A stretch of 64,000 nucleotides of DNA from Candidatus Levyibacteriota bacterium. GTDB lineage: Bacteria; Patescibacteriota; Microgenomatia; Levybacterales; UBA12049. Positions 1 through 8,176 of this stretch are shown here, piece after piece (position 1 is the stretch's first letter; the number at the start of each line of letters is the position of its first letter). The DNA is taken from assembly GCA_038254115.1 (NCBI GenBank), contig JBBSGK010000001.1, positions 67,778-131,777 on the forward strand, written 5' to 3'. The notes below the pieces were generated by a model. It was not told where the DNA came from and ran no database searches. It saw only the letters and a list, made by a program, of their open reading frames with translations. A program made the translations under genes and the position numbers.

Positions 1-336
1 TTTAAACCCGAACTGCTTAACCGTTTTGATGATGTGATAACGTTTAAACCTCTTGGTGAGGAGCAGGTCACACAAGTAGTGCAATTGATGCTTAACAGTT
101 TGACAAAAGATATGGAGGAGCAGGACATAAAGTTGGTTTTTGAGCCGGCCGTGATTGAAAAAATCGGCCAAGAAGGTTTTGATCCGGAATTTGGCGCCCG
201 CCCATTACGGCGCTATATTCAGGACAATATTGAAGACATGATCGCGCAGAAAAAATTGACAAAAGAACTTGATAGGGGAAAAACAGCTACTTTCTCAATC
301 GACGGTACAGGGGCGCTTAAGCTTACGGTTTCATAG
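1..336 (+). CDS. ClpB/ClpC-family AAA+ chaperone, C-terminal part (5' truncated by window)
   Basis: Frame 1 reads FKPELLNRFDDVITFKPL...GFDPEFGARPLRRYIQ, the D2 small-domain motifs of Clp ATPases. Confidence 0.9.
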   Translation, partial: FKPELLNRFDDVITFKPLGEEQVTQVVQLMLNSLTKDMEEQDIKLVFEPAVIEKIGQEGFDPEFGARPLRRYIQDNIEDMIAQKKLTKELDRGKTATFSIDGTGALKLTVS

Positions 337-342
337 GTCTTA

Positions 343-705
343 ATCGTCATTCTGGCTTGTCCAGAATCTCTAATATGAAAGGTGGTTATGTTTACGTCAT
401 GTCAAATATTAGTCAAACCTTATATACAGGAGTTACTAGTAATCTAATAGGAAGAATCTATCAACACAAAAATAATCAGGTAAAAGGGTTTACTCAAAAA
501 TACAATCTACATATGCTGGTTTATTATGAGGTTCTGGACGGAATAACTTCAGCCATAATAAGAGAGAAACAAATCAAAGATATGAATAGAGCAGAAAAAT
601 TAAATATGATTTATAAATTTAATCCAGAGTTTAAAGATTTATACGATCAAATAATAACGTGAGAGATTCTGGAGTCGTCGCTTCACTTCTCCCCAGAATG
701 ACGAT
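343..705 (+). mobile_element. GIY-YIG nuclease cassette bounded by nested inverted repeats
   Basis: Outer IR atcgtcattctgg (343-355)/ccagaatgacgat (693-705); inner IR tccagaatctct (360-371)/agagattctgga (662-673); each arm is itself a hairpin. Confidence 0.7.
375..662 (+). CDS. Small stand-alone GIY-YIG endonuclease family protein
   Basis: YVYVM...LYTGVTSNL..RIYQHK...GFTQKYN...LVYYE...AIIREKQIK; likely start ATG 375. Confidence 0.9.
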   Translation: MKGGYVYVMSNISQTLYTGVTSNLIGRIYQHKNNQVKGFTQKYNLHMLVYYEVLDGITSAIIREKQIKDMNRAEKLNMIYKFNPEFKDLYDQIIT

Positions 706-775
706 AGATACTGTTTATTGATTTAAAAGTCAAGGTTGTTAGATTGAGCTTAATTTGTTATACTGTAGACCAATT

Positions 776-1933
776 ATGCCAGCCATACAACGATCAGAAT
801 TTTCATTAGCGCTTAATCAGGTAGCCTCCGAGCGGGGGGTTGATGTTGATGTTGTTTTGGACACCGTCAAGAACGCTATTTTGGCTGCGTACCGCAAGGA
901 TCATTCGGGTGTTGAGATTGAAGAATTTGATGCAGAATTGAACCCAAATACAGGCGAAGCACACATCCTGCATAATGGAAAAGATGTAACACCACCTGGA
1001 TTTGGCAGGATCGCTGCCCAAACAGCAAAGCAGGTAATCTTGCAGAAAATCCGCGAAAAAGAAAAAGAGGCTATCTTTACAGACTACCGTGTAAAAATAG
1101 GTACAGTTATAAATGGTATGGTTCTGCGGTTTGCGGGAGTAAACATCATCGTAGACATAGGAAAAACTGAGGCCATCATGCCACTTTCTGAGCAAGTACC
1201 AAATGAAAAATACCACCTAAATCAGCGGCTCGGATTTTACATGCTTGATATAAGAGAGGGAATGAAGGGTGACGAGATAGTGGTATCACGGGCAGCAAAC
1301 GGTTTGGTTGAGGGGTTATTTAAAAGAGAAGTTCCTGAGATAGCCCAAGGAAGTGTTGAGATAAAAGCAATTGTGCGTGAACCGGGAAATAGATCCAAAG
1401 TCGCCGTTTTTTCCGCACAACCGGGTATTGATCCTGTCGGGTCTTGTGTCGGACAAAAAGGCGTACGGGTCCAGGCAATTATCCAGGAACTGGGCGGACT
1501 TGAAAAAGTCGATATTATCCAGTGGGCAGATGAGCCAAAGACATATATCGCTCAAGCTCTGTCTCCAGCCAAAAATGTACGGGTAGAGATTAATGAAGAG
1601 GAAAAAATTGCGCGGGTTTTTGTACCTACTGAGGAATTGTCTTTGGCGATTGGCAAAGAAGGTCAAAATGTACGCCTCGCACACAAGCTTACAGGATATA
1701 GAATTGAAATAGAAGGCAAAGAGGAAGCGGGAGAGATAGAAGGGTCTGCGTCAAACGCGGCTGAGGCAGAAGAGACCAAGCCTTCGTCAAAGGCTTCGGT
1801 GGGCGAGACGAAAGTTGAAGCAGACTCTAAAGATTTAGAAAAAGAAGAAGCAAAGCCAAAGGCAGCAAAAGCCAAAAAAGCACCAGCCAAAACAAAAAAA
1901 GTAAAAGAGGAAAAAGTAGAAGAGGAAAAATGA
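776..1933 (+). CDS. nusA: Transcription termination/antitermination factor NusA
   Basis: FGRIAAQTAKQVILQKIRE, REPGNRSKVAV, DPVGSCVG, LAIGKEGQNVRLA; start placed at ATG 776 after TGtTATACT. Confidence 0.97.
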   Translation: MPAIQRSEFSLALNQVASERGVDVDVVLDTVKNAILAAYRKDHSGVEIEEFDAELNPNTGEAHILHNGKDVTPPGFGRIAAQTAKQVILQKIREKEKEAIFTDYRVKIGTVINGMVLRFAGVNIIVDIGKTEAIMPLSEQVPNEKYHLNQRLGFYMLDIREGMKGDEIVVSRAANGLVEGLFKREVPEIAQGSVEIKAIVREPGNRSKVAVFSAQPGIDPVGSCVGQKGVRVQAIIQELGGLEKVDIIQWADEPKTYIAQALSPAKNVRVEINEEEKIARVFVPTEELSLAIGKEGQNVRLAHKLTGYRIEIEGKEEAGEIEGSASNAAEAEETKPSSKASVGETKVEADSKDLEKEEAKPKAAKAKKAPAKTKKVKEEKVEEEK

Positions 1934-1943
1934 ATAACGTGGG

Positions 1944-2090
1944 AATTTTCAATTTGAAATTTGAAATTACCTTGTCATGCTGAACTTGTTTCAGTATCTC
2001 ATATAAATCGCATGGATCCCGAAATAAATTCGGGAGGACAAGAATAGAAGTGAAAATTCAATGAAAATTAAAAATTTTAAATTAAAAATT
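1944..2090. repeat. Degenerate 7-mer tandem-repeat arms enclosing a GTCAT-type double-hairpin element (1971-2042)
   Basis: aattttc/aatttga/aatttga left arm; gaaaatt/aaaaatt/ttaaatt/aaaaatt right arm; core cttgtcatgctgaacttgtttcagtatctc...ggatcccgaaataaattcgggaggacaag. Confidence 0.7.
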
Positions 2091-2107
2091 AGATTAGGAT
2101 ACAAACT

Positions 2108-3586
2108 ATGGATAAGAAGAGCAATTCAACTTCGACAAATAACTCCCATTTCCCACCTGTCGTAGCAGTTCTTGGTCATGTTGATCATGGCAAAACAACA
2201 CTTCTTGATGCAATCCGAAAAACATCACAGGCAGAGCGGGAAAAAGGAGGTATCACGCAGAAAATTGGAGCATCCCAAGTAGAGATAGTCCATGACGGCA
2301 AAACCCGGAAAATTACTTTTATTGATACCCCGGGGCATGCTGCTTTCACCAAAATGCGCGGACGCGGCGCCACAGCGTCTGATATTGTTCTTCTTATAAT
2401 TTCCCTCGCTGATAGTGTAAAACCCCAGACAAAAGAAAGTATTGAAATTCTCAAAGAATCCAAGACACCCTTTATAGTAGTACTGACAAAAGCAGATTTG
2501 CCTGATCTTATTCCTGAAAAAAGTAAAAAAGATCTTTCCAAAGAAGGGATTTTGCTTGAGGGCTACGGTGGAGATGTGCCGTATATTGAAGTATCTGCCA
2601 AGACAGGAAGCAACATCAAAGAGCTTCTGGATCTGATTCTTCTTATGTTTGATATGCACAAAAAGCCGGAATACGTAAAGGAAGTTTCAGAGACAAATCC
2701 TTTTCAGGCAATTGTCATTGAGGCTAAATTGGATTCCAGAATCGGTCCAAAAGCGACAATTGTTATAAAAAACGGGAGTGTTGTGGCGCGGGATGTACTC
2801 AAGGCCGAAGGCCAGACATTTAAAGTAAGGACCATGCTCAATGACATGGGCAAGCCGGTTGAGAAAGCAACAGTTGGTGATGCAGTCGAGCTTTTTGGAT
2901 TTATGAAAGTGCCTGAAGTTGGAAGTATAGTAACTCACGAATCAAATGCAGCGCAAGCTGTCGTTGCGGAAGAAAAAGCGCCTCTTATGAAAGAAGTTAT
3001 GTATAAAAGGGATGAGGAACACAAGGGGCTTTCTGTTATTTTGGTAGCTGATACTCAGGGTTCACTTGAAGCAATTGCCAATGCCTTGCCTGAGGGAGTT
3101 AAGATAGTTGGTCAGAAGACAGGAGAAGTAAGTGATGCGGATATTATCCTTGCCAAGTCGACTCACAGTATAATCCTGAGTTTTAATACCAAGCTGAAGC
3201 CCGCAATAATGACTATGGCAAAGAGCGAAAAAATACTTCTTCGAAATTATGAAATTATCTATGAGCTATTGGAAGAAGTGAAAGATGCACAGGAGGGAAA
3301 ATTATTTTCTCAAATGGAACAAATTTTCGGTACAGCAAAAATACTTCAGAAATTTCCCTACGAAAAAACATTTGCATTCGGTGTGTCTATAACTGATGGA
3401 CGTCTTGCACGGGGTGACCGCGTCCGGATAATGCGGGGTGAATCAATAGTCGGTGAAACCAATATTGTTTCTTTGAGAATCGGGAAAGAGCCAACTTCAA
3501 AAGTTGAGAGCGGAAAAGAGGCAGGAGCAGTTCTCAACAACCCCCTTGACATAATGGTAGGAGATGTGATACTATCCCATAGTTAA
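2108..3586 (+). CDS. infB: Translation initiation factor IF-2 (short form lacking N-terminal domain)
   Basis: PPVVAVLGHVDHGKTTLLD, GGITQKIGA, FIDTPGHAAF. Confidence 0.95.
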   Translation: MDKKSNSTSTNNSHFPPVVAVLGHVDHGKTTLLDAIRKTSQAEREKGGITQKIGASQVEIVHDGKTRKITFIDTPGHAAFTKMRGRGATASDIVLLIISLADSVKPQTKESIEILKESKTPFIVVLTKADLPDLIPEKSKKDLSKEGILLEGYGGDVPYIEVSAKTGSNIKELLDLILLMFDMHKKPEYVKEVSETNPFQAIVIEAKLDSRIGPKATIVIKNGSVVARDVLKAEGQTFKVRTMLNDMGKPVEKATVGDAVELFGFMKVPEVGSIVTHESNAAQAVVAEEKAPLMKEVMYKRDEEHKGLSVILVADTQGSLEAIANALPEGVKIVGQKTGEVSDADIILAKSTHSIILSFNTKLKPAIMTMAKSEKILLRNYEIIYELLEEVKDAQEGKLFSQMEQIFGTAKILQKFPYEKTFAFGVSITDGRLARGDRVRIMRGESIVGETNIVSLRIGKEPTSKVESGKEAGAVLNNPLDIMVGDVILSHS

Positions 3587-3617
3587 TCTTTTCTGGTGGC
3601 AGAAATAGATATAAAAT

Positions 3618-4742
3618 ATGGATAATAATACAATACAACAAATCAAAGATACTATTGCTCAAAGCAACAGTATTGGGATAACAGCTCCAATTAATCCATC
3701 TGTGGATGAAATGGCAGCGGCCCTATCACTCTATCTTATACTAAAAAGCTCCGGTAAAAACGTGTCTATAGCATCTCCAAAGGATCCTCTGGTTGAGGTG
3801 TCTTCACTTGTAGGAATCAATAAAGTTGAGAAAACACTAAAAGGCAGTGGTGGCGGAACAGGAGATTTGACGGTATCATTTCCTTATACAGAAGGCGAGA
3901 TTGAAAAAGTATCTTATACTCTTGAGGAAGGATATCTAAATATAATTGTCAAAGCTTCTGAACAGGGATTAACATTTGATGAAAAAGACGTAGAATACAC
4001 AAGAGGCAGCACAAATCTTGACCTTGTTTTTACAGTCGGTACCAAAAACCTAGCTGATCTGGATCCTGTTTTTGATACACAAAATCTGGATATAAAGATA
4101 GTTAATATAGATAACAAAGAGGATAATGAGCAATTTGGTGATATTGTTTTGATATCTCCAAAGTTATCATCCCTTAGTGAGGCAGTTGCTGATCTCGCCT
4201 TGTCTCTTGGTCTTAACATAGATCAGGATAGCGCGCAGAATTTACTCAACGGTATTTCCAGTGCAACCGGGAACTTTCAAGACACAAAAACAAGCTCACT
4301 TGCTTTTGAAATGGCAGCGCTTCTTATGAAAAAAGGAGCCCAAAGGGAAGCATCCGCAAGCGCAAGACAGGGAATAAGACAACCTGAAGAACAAGCCCAG
4401 CAACAGGCACGACCTCAGCAAAGAAACGCTCAGCAACAGCCACAGCAACAGCCACAAAAACGCGCACAAAATCCAGTAGCCGGACAGGAAAAAACCTTCA
4501 GCAACGCTCAGGATAAGCGTGAGCAGGACAGAATAAAGTTTGAAGAAAACCTGCAAAAAAGAGTTGCAGAAGAAAAAGCACGGGAAGCCCAAGCTGGTCA
4601 AGCAAAACCTCAAAGACAAGCATCTCAACCTCAAAATCAGCCGGTAAATAATCAAGTGCAAGATGCAGATATAGTTGATGATGAAGAAACGCCAACTGAT
4701 TGGCTCGCCCCAAAAGTCTACAAAGGCTCTTCAGAGGTTTAA
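3618..4742 (+). CDS. DHH/NrnA-like protein with degenerate catalytic motifs and Gln-rich tail
   Basis: Fold motifs (SIGIT..INPSVDEMAAAL, IVNIDNKEDNEQFG, SSLSEAV, AQNLLNGISSATGNF) and position after infB; the DHH triad reads DNK. Confidence 0.7.
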   Translation: MDNNTIQQIKDTIAQSNSIGITAPINPSVDEMAAALSLYLILKSSGKNVSIASPKDPLVEVSSLVGINKVEKTLKGSGGGTGDLTVSFPYTEGEIEKVSYTLEEGYLNIIVKASEQGLTFDEKDVEYTRGSTNLDLVFTVGTKNLADLDPVFDTQNLDIKIVNIDNKEDNEQFGDIVLISPKLSSLSEAVADLALSLGLNIDQDSAQNLLNGISSATGNFQDTKTSSLAFEMAALLMKKGAQREASASARQGIRQPEEQAQQQARPQQRNAQQQPQQQPQKRAQNPVAGQEKTFSNAQDKREQDRIKFEENLQKRVAEEKAREAQAGQAKPQRQASQPQNQPVNNQVQDADIVDDEETPTDWLAPKVYKGSSEV

Positions 4743-4797
4743 ATCTACCATAAATAAAGCATTGATATTTCCCAAATAATTACTTATAATCCACAAT

Positions 4798-5253
4798 ATG
4801 AGTGAAGCAGATCTTAGTAGGGCAAATGGAAGCTGCTTTGGTGCCTATGGGATTGGAGAGAAGGTAAAATTTTCCCTTACTATAGATGGTGATGGAAACC
4901 CTACCATAAAATGCCCGAAACGTGATGACAATGATGGTAGTTGCGGAAATACCGGAAACACATCAGACGGCGCGTGTATTTATAATATATTGCGTCACTC
5001 CAATGTAGCCGTGACGAATAATGCAGTATCTTCTAGGCATACAGGTCAAGTTGTACTCAACCATATTGGAAGGAATCCTGGTACAAGCGTAGAGGCGATA
5101 GCCCAAGCTATAGGAACTGTAGTACAGACAGTACGTGGGCCAGTGCAACAGTTGGTTAAGAGAGGAAAAGCGAAATATGATACCCCCCCAGTAAAGGAGG
5201 GATTGCCTCTGCCTGAAGACGCTGTAAGACTTACTCGAAGACCTAGGCGTTAG
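4798..5253 (+). CDS. Hypothetical protein, Cys-rich N-terminus plus putative C-terminal winged HTH
   Basis: Four Cys in N-half; VLNHIGRNPGTSVEAIAQAIG...VQQLVKRG resembles a wHTH; own promoter TTGATA-17-TATAAT 7 nt before ATG. Confidence 0.6.
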   Translation: MSEADLSRANGSCFGAYGIGEKVKFSLTIDGDGNPTIKCPKRDDNDGSCGNTGNTSDGACIYNILRHSNVAVTNNAVSSRHTGQVVLNHIGRNPGTSVEAIAQAIGTVVQTVRGPVQQLVKRGKAKYDTPPVKEGLPLPEDAVRLTRRPRR

Positions 5254-5353
5254 ATGGGTTGACCTGTTAATACGGGAAACAAATCCTTCCTACTTGTACC
5301 AAAACTCAATACCTGCTATAATGCATTCAATAAGAATTAAGTAAAGATAATTT

Positions 5354-5623
5354 ATGCCGCTTAGCACTACACAGAAACAGGAAATCATAAATGAATATCA
5401 GACAGGCAAAGGAGATACCGGATCGCCCGAGGTGCAGATAGCGCTTCTGACAAAAAGAATCACCAGGCTTGCCGAGCATCTCAAAGATCACGCGCACGAT
5501 GTGCACTCAAGACGCGGACTTCTCTCAATGATCGCCAAGAGACGAAGACTTATCAACTTTCTTAAAAAGGTTGACGAAGTACGTGTTGACGGGATCTTGA
5601 AAAAGATCGGGATGAAGGATTGA
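5354..5623 (+). CDS. rpsO: 30S ribosomal protein S15
   Basis: DTGSPEVQIALLT.RI..L..HL..H..D.HSRRGLL. Confidence 0.98.
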   Translation: MPLSTTQKQEIINEYQTGKGDTGSPEVQIALLTKRITRLAEHLKDHAHDVHSRRGLLSMIAKRRRLINFLKKVDEVRVDGILKKIGMKD

Positions 5624-5638
5624 CTCTGACTTCAAAAA

Positions 5639-5694
5639 TTGTCATGCTGGATTAACTTCAGCATCTCCAGATTCTGAAAAGATCAGGATGGCAA
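5639..5694. repeat. Empty GTCAT-type double-hairpin element
   Basis: ttgtcatgctggattaacttcagcatct-cc-agattctgaaaagatcaggatggcaa, similar to 1971-2042 and to the GIY-YIG arms. Confidence 0.7.
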
Positions 5695-5723
5695 CCAAGA
5701 AGGACGAAAGAACAGAAATATAA

Positions 5724-8123
5724 ATGAAAGACAATAAAACCTCAGTAAGTTTTGAATTTGCAGGAAAACAAATGACCCTTGAAACAGGCCAGCTTGCCGT
5801 GCAGGCAACAGCATCGATTTTTGCCAGGCTTGGGGACACAGTAGTTCTTGCAACCGTCGTTGAGGGCGGAAAAAGAGCCGATATTGATTATTTCCCACTG
5901 AGTGTTGATTATGTTGAAAGACTTTATGCCGGAGGTAAGATCAAAGGCAGCCGCTGGGTGAAAAGAGAAGGACGTCCAAGCGATGAAGCTATATTGTCAG
6001 GCAGACTCATTGACCGTTCCATAAGACCTCTTTTTCCCAAGTCATTTAAAAACGAAGTCCAGGTAATAGTCACTGTTTTATCAGTTGATTCAGAGAATGA
6101 AGCTGACATTCTAGCTCTTAATGCTGTCAGCGCAGCTTTGGCAATGTCCAGGATTCCATGGAACGGTCCTGTTGCCGCTGTGAGAATGGGTTATATTGAA
6201 GATAAAGATGGAGCACAAGCCGCATATCTCCCAAATCCAACGACAACTGAGGCAGAGCATTCTGTCCTGGATGTAGTTGTTTCACAAAGCAGCGAAAAAA
6301 CAGTCATGGTTGAGTCAGGAGCGCTGCAAGTGACAGAAGACGTCATGGCTTTGGCTATTGAGAAAGCGCATGATGAGACAAGAAAAGTTCTGAAAGGAAT
6401 TGAGGAGCTTGTCAAAAAAGCAGGACAGAAAAAAATAGTAGTTGAAGAAGACAAATCGCTTCAGGATGCGATTGCCCTTTTTGAAAAGACATACAAAAAA
6501 GATATAGATTCCCTCATCAAATCACGTGTCAGTAAAGAAGGAGCGGGCGATGAAACAGCTGAATTAATTACCCGTGTTACAGAAGATATAAAAGCTAAAG
6601 ATCCCAAAGCAGAAGTTGACAAAAAAATGCTTGCAAAAGCTTTGGAATATGTCATGTTCAAGATAATCCGTTCAGAGACAGTAAGTAAGAAAAAACGCGT
6701 TGACGGGCGGGGACTTGACGAGATCCGCGAAATCGGCGCGACTGTCGGGATTTTGCCAAGAACTCACGGGTCAGCGCTTTTTGAGCGTGGAATCACACAA
6801 GCCTTGAGCATCGTGACACTGGGTTCACCAAGACTTGAGCAGCTTATTGAATCAGCAGAAGGTGAGGAGATAAAGCGCTATATTCATCATTACTCAGGTC
6901 TTCCATATTCATTTGGACAAGCAGGAAGAATGGGTTTTACCTCAAGGCGTGAAATCGGACACGGAGCATTGGCGGAGCGGGCTCTTAAAGCAGTTATTCC
7001 AACGCAGCAAGACTTTCCATACACCATAAGAGTTGTATCGGAAGTTTTGTCACAAAACGGATCCAGCTCTATGGCATCAACTTGTGGCTCAACACTTGCT
7101 CTTATGGATGCAGGGGTGCCAATTACAGCGCCTGTTGCCGGAATCTCAATCGGGATGATGAGTGAGGGAGACAAATATGTTTTGTTGACAGATATTATCG
7201 GGCTTGAAGATTTTTCAGGAGATATGGATTTTAAAGTCGCCGGAACTGAAAAGGGAATTACAGCAATCCAGCTTGATGTAAAAATAGACGGATTAACTGA
7301 TGCACAGGTTGTTGAGATTCTTGCCCGGGCCAAGACTGCACGTATGCAGATTCTTGAAAAGATGCTCGCGTCTATCCCGGAGTCACGAAAAGACGTTTCT
7401 GAATACGCACCGAAGATTGAGCAAATTCAGGTGCCGGTTGATAAGATCGGTGAAATTATCGGACCCGGGGGCAAAAATATTAAAGCTATTATCGCCCAGA
7501 CCGGTGCAGATGTAGATGTAGATGACGACGGAATAGTGAGTGTTTCAGGAATTTCTGAGGAATCAGTCAGAAAAGCAGTTGATTGGATAACGGGTATGAC
7601 ACGGGACGTGACACCGGGTGAGGAATTTGAGGGAACAGTGAAAAGAATTCTTCCCTTCGGAGCTTTCGTTGAATATTTACCCGGACGTGAGGGAATGGTA
7701 CATGTCAGTAAAATGAAAAGGGGAGCTTTTGTAAAAGATCCATCTGAAGTTGTAAAAGTCGGGCAAACTGTAAAGGTAAAAGTGGAAGAGCGTGATCAGC
7801 AAGGTCGGATAAATCTAACAATGCTTGTTGATGGAGATGATAATGGTGCCCCTCCGGGCCAGGGATTTGACAGACCCAGAGAGCCTAGAGATGAAGGCCA
7901 AGGCGGTGGAGGATTCCAATCTAGACCCCAGGGTGACAGATTTAGCGGAGCATCTCACGATAGACCATTTAATAATAGAAATTCAGGCGACAGATCATTC
8001 AACAGAGATTCCGGATCAGCTCCGAAATCAGATCATCCATTGTCACAGCAGCTAAGACGTGAAAGTTCTGCAAAAGCGGCAGGAGGCCGCAAATTCCCCC
8101 CGAAAAAAAGATTTAGTAGATAA
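5724..8123 (+). CDS. pnp: Polyribonucleotide nucleotidyltransferase (PNPase)
   Basis: RLIDRSIRPLFP, RTHGSALFERG, RREIGHGALAERAL, GDMDFKVAGT, KH and S1 domains, long G/R/D-rich tail. Confidence 0.98.
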   Translation: MKDNKTSVSFEFAGKQMTLETGQLAVQATASIFARLGDTVVLATVVEGGKRADIDYFPLSVDYVERLYAGGKIKGSRWVKREGRPSDEAILSGRLIDRSIRPLFPKSFKNEVQVIVTVLSVDSENEADILALNAVSAALAMSRIPWNGPVAAVRMGYIEDKDGAQAAYLPNPTTTEAEHSVLDVVVSQSSEKTVMVESGALQVTEDVMALAIEKAHDETRKVLKGIEELVKKAGQKKIVVEEDKSLQDAIALFEKTYKKDIDSLIKSRVSKEGAGDETAELITRVTEDIKAKDPKAEVDKKMLAKALEYVMFKIIRSETVSKKKRVDGRGLDEIREIGATVGILPRTHGSALFERGITQALSIVTLGSPRLEQLIESAEGEEIKRYIHHYSGLPYSFGQAGRMGFTSRREIGHGALAERALKAVIPTQQDFPYTIRVVSEVLSQNGSSSMASTCGSTLALMDAGVPITAPVAGISIGMMSEGDKYVLLTDIIGLEDFSGDMDFKVAGTEKGITAIQLDVKIDGLTDAQVVEILARAKTARMQILEKMLASIPESRKDVSEYAPKIEQIQVPVDKIGEIIGPGGKNIKAIIAQTGADVDVDDDGIVSVSGISEESVRKAVDWITGMTRDVTPGEEFEGTVKRILPFGAFVEYLPGREGMVHVSKMKRGAFVKDPSEVVKVGQTVKVKVEERDQQGRINLTMLVDGDDNGAPPGQGFDRPREPRDEGQGGGGFQSRPQGDRFSGASHDRPFNNRNSGDRSFNRDSGSAPKSDHPLSQQLRRESSAKAAGGRKFPPKKRFSR

Positions 8124-8176
8124 GTTAGATCTTCAATCTTTTGCAATGTCTTTTCCCAATAGTGTAATATAGGTAT

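Noticed and set aside
4380-4660. Gln-rich repeats as a DNA repeat element
   Set aside because: Low-complexity protein coding with varied codons, not a nucleotide-level array
5300-5353. rpsO autoregulatory leader
   Set aside because: The promoter leaves only a short AT-rich leader with no evident structure
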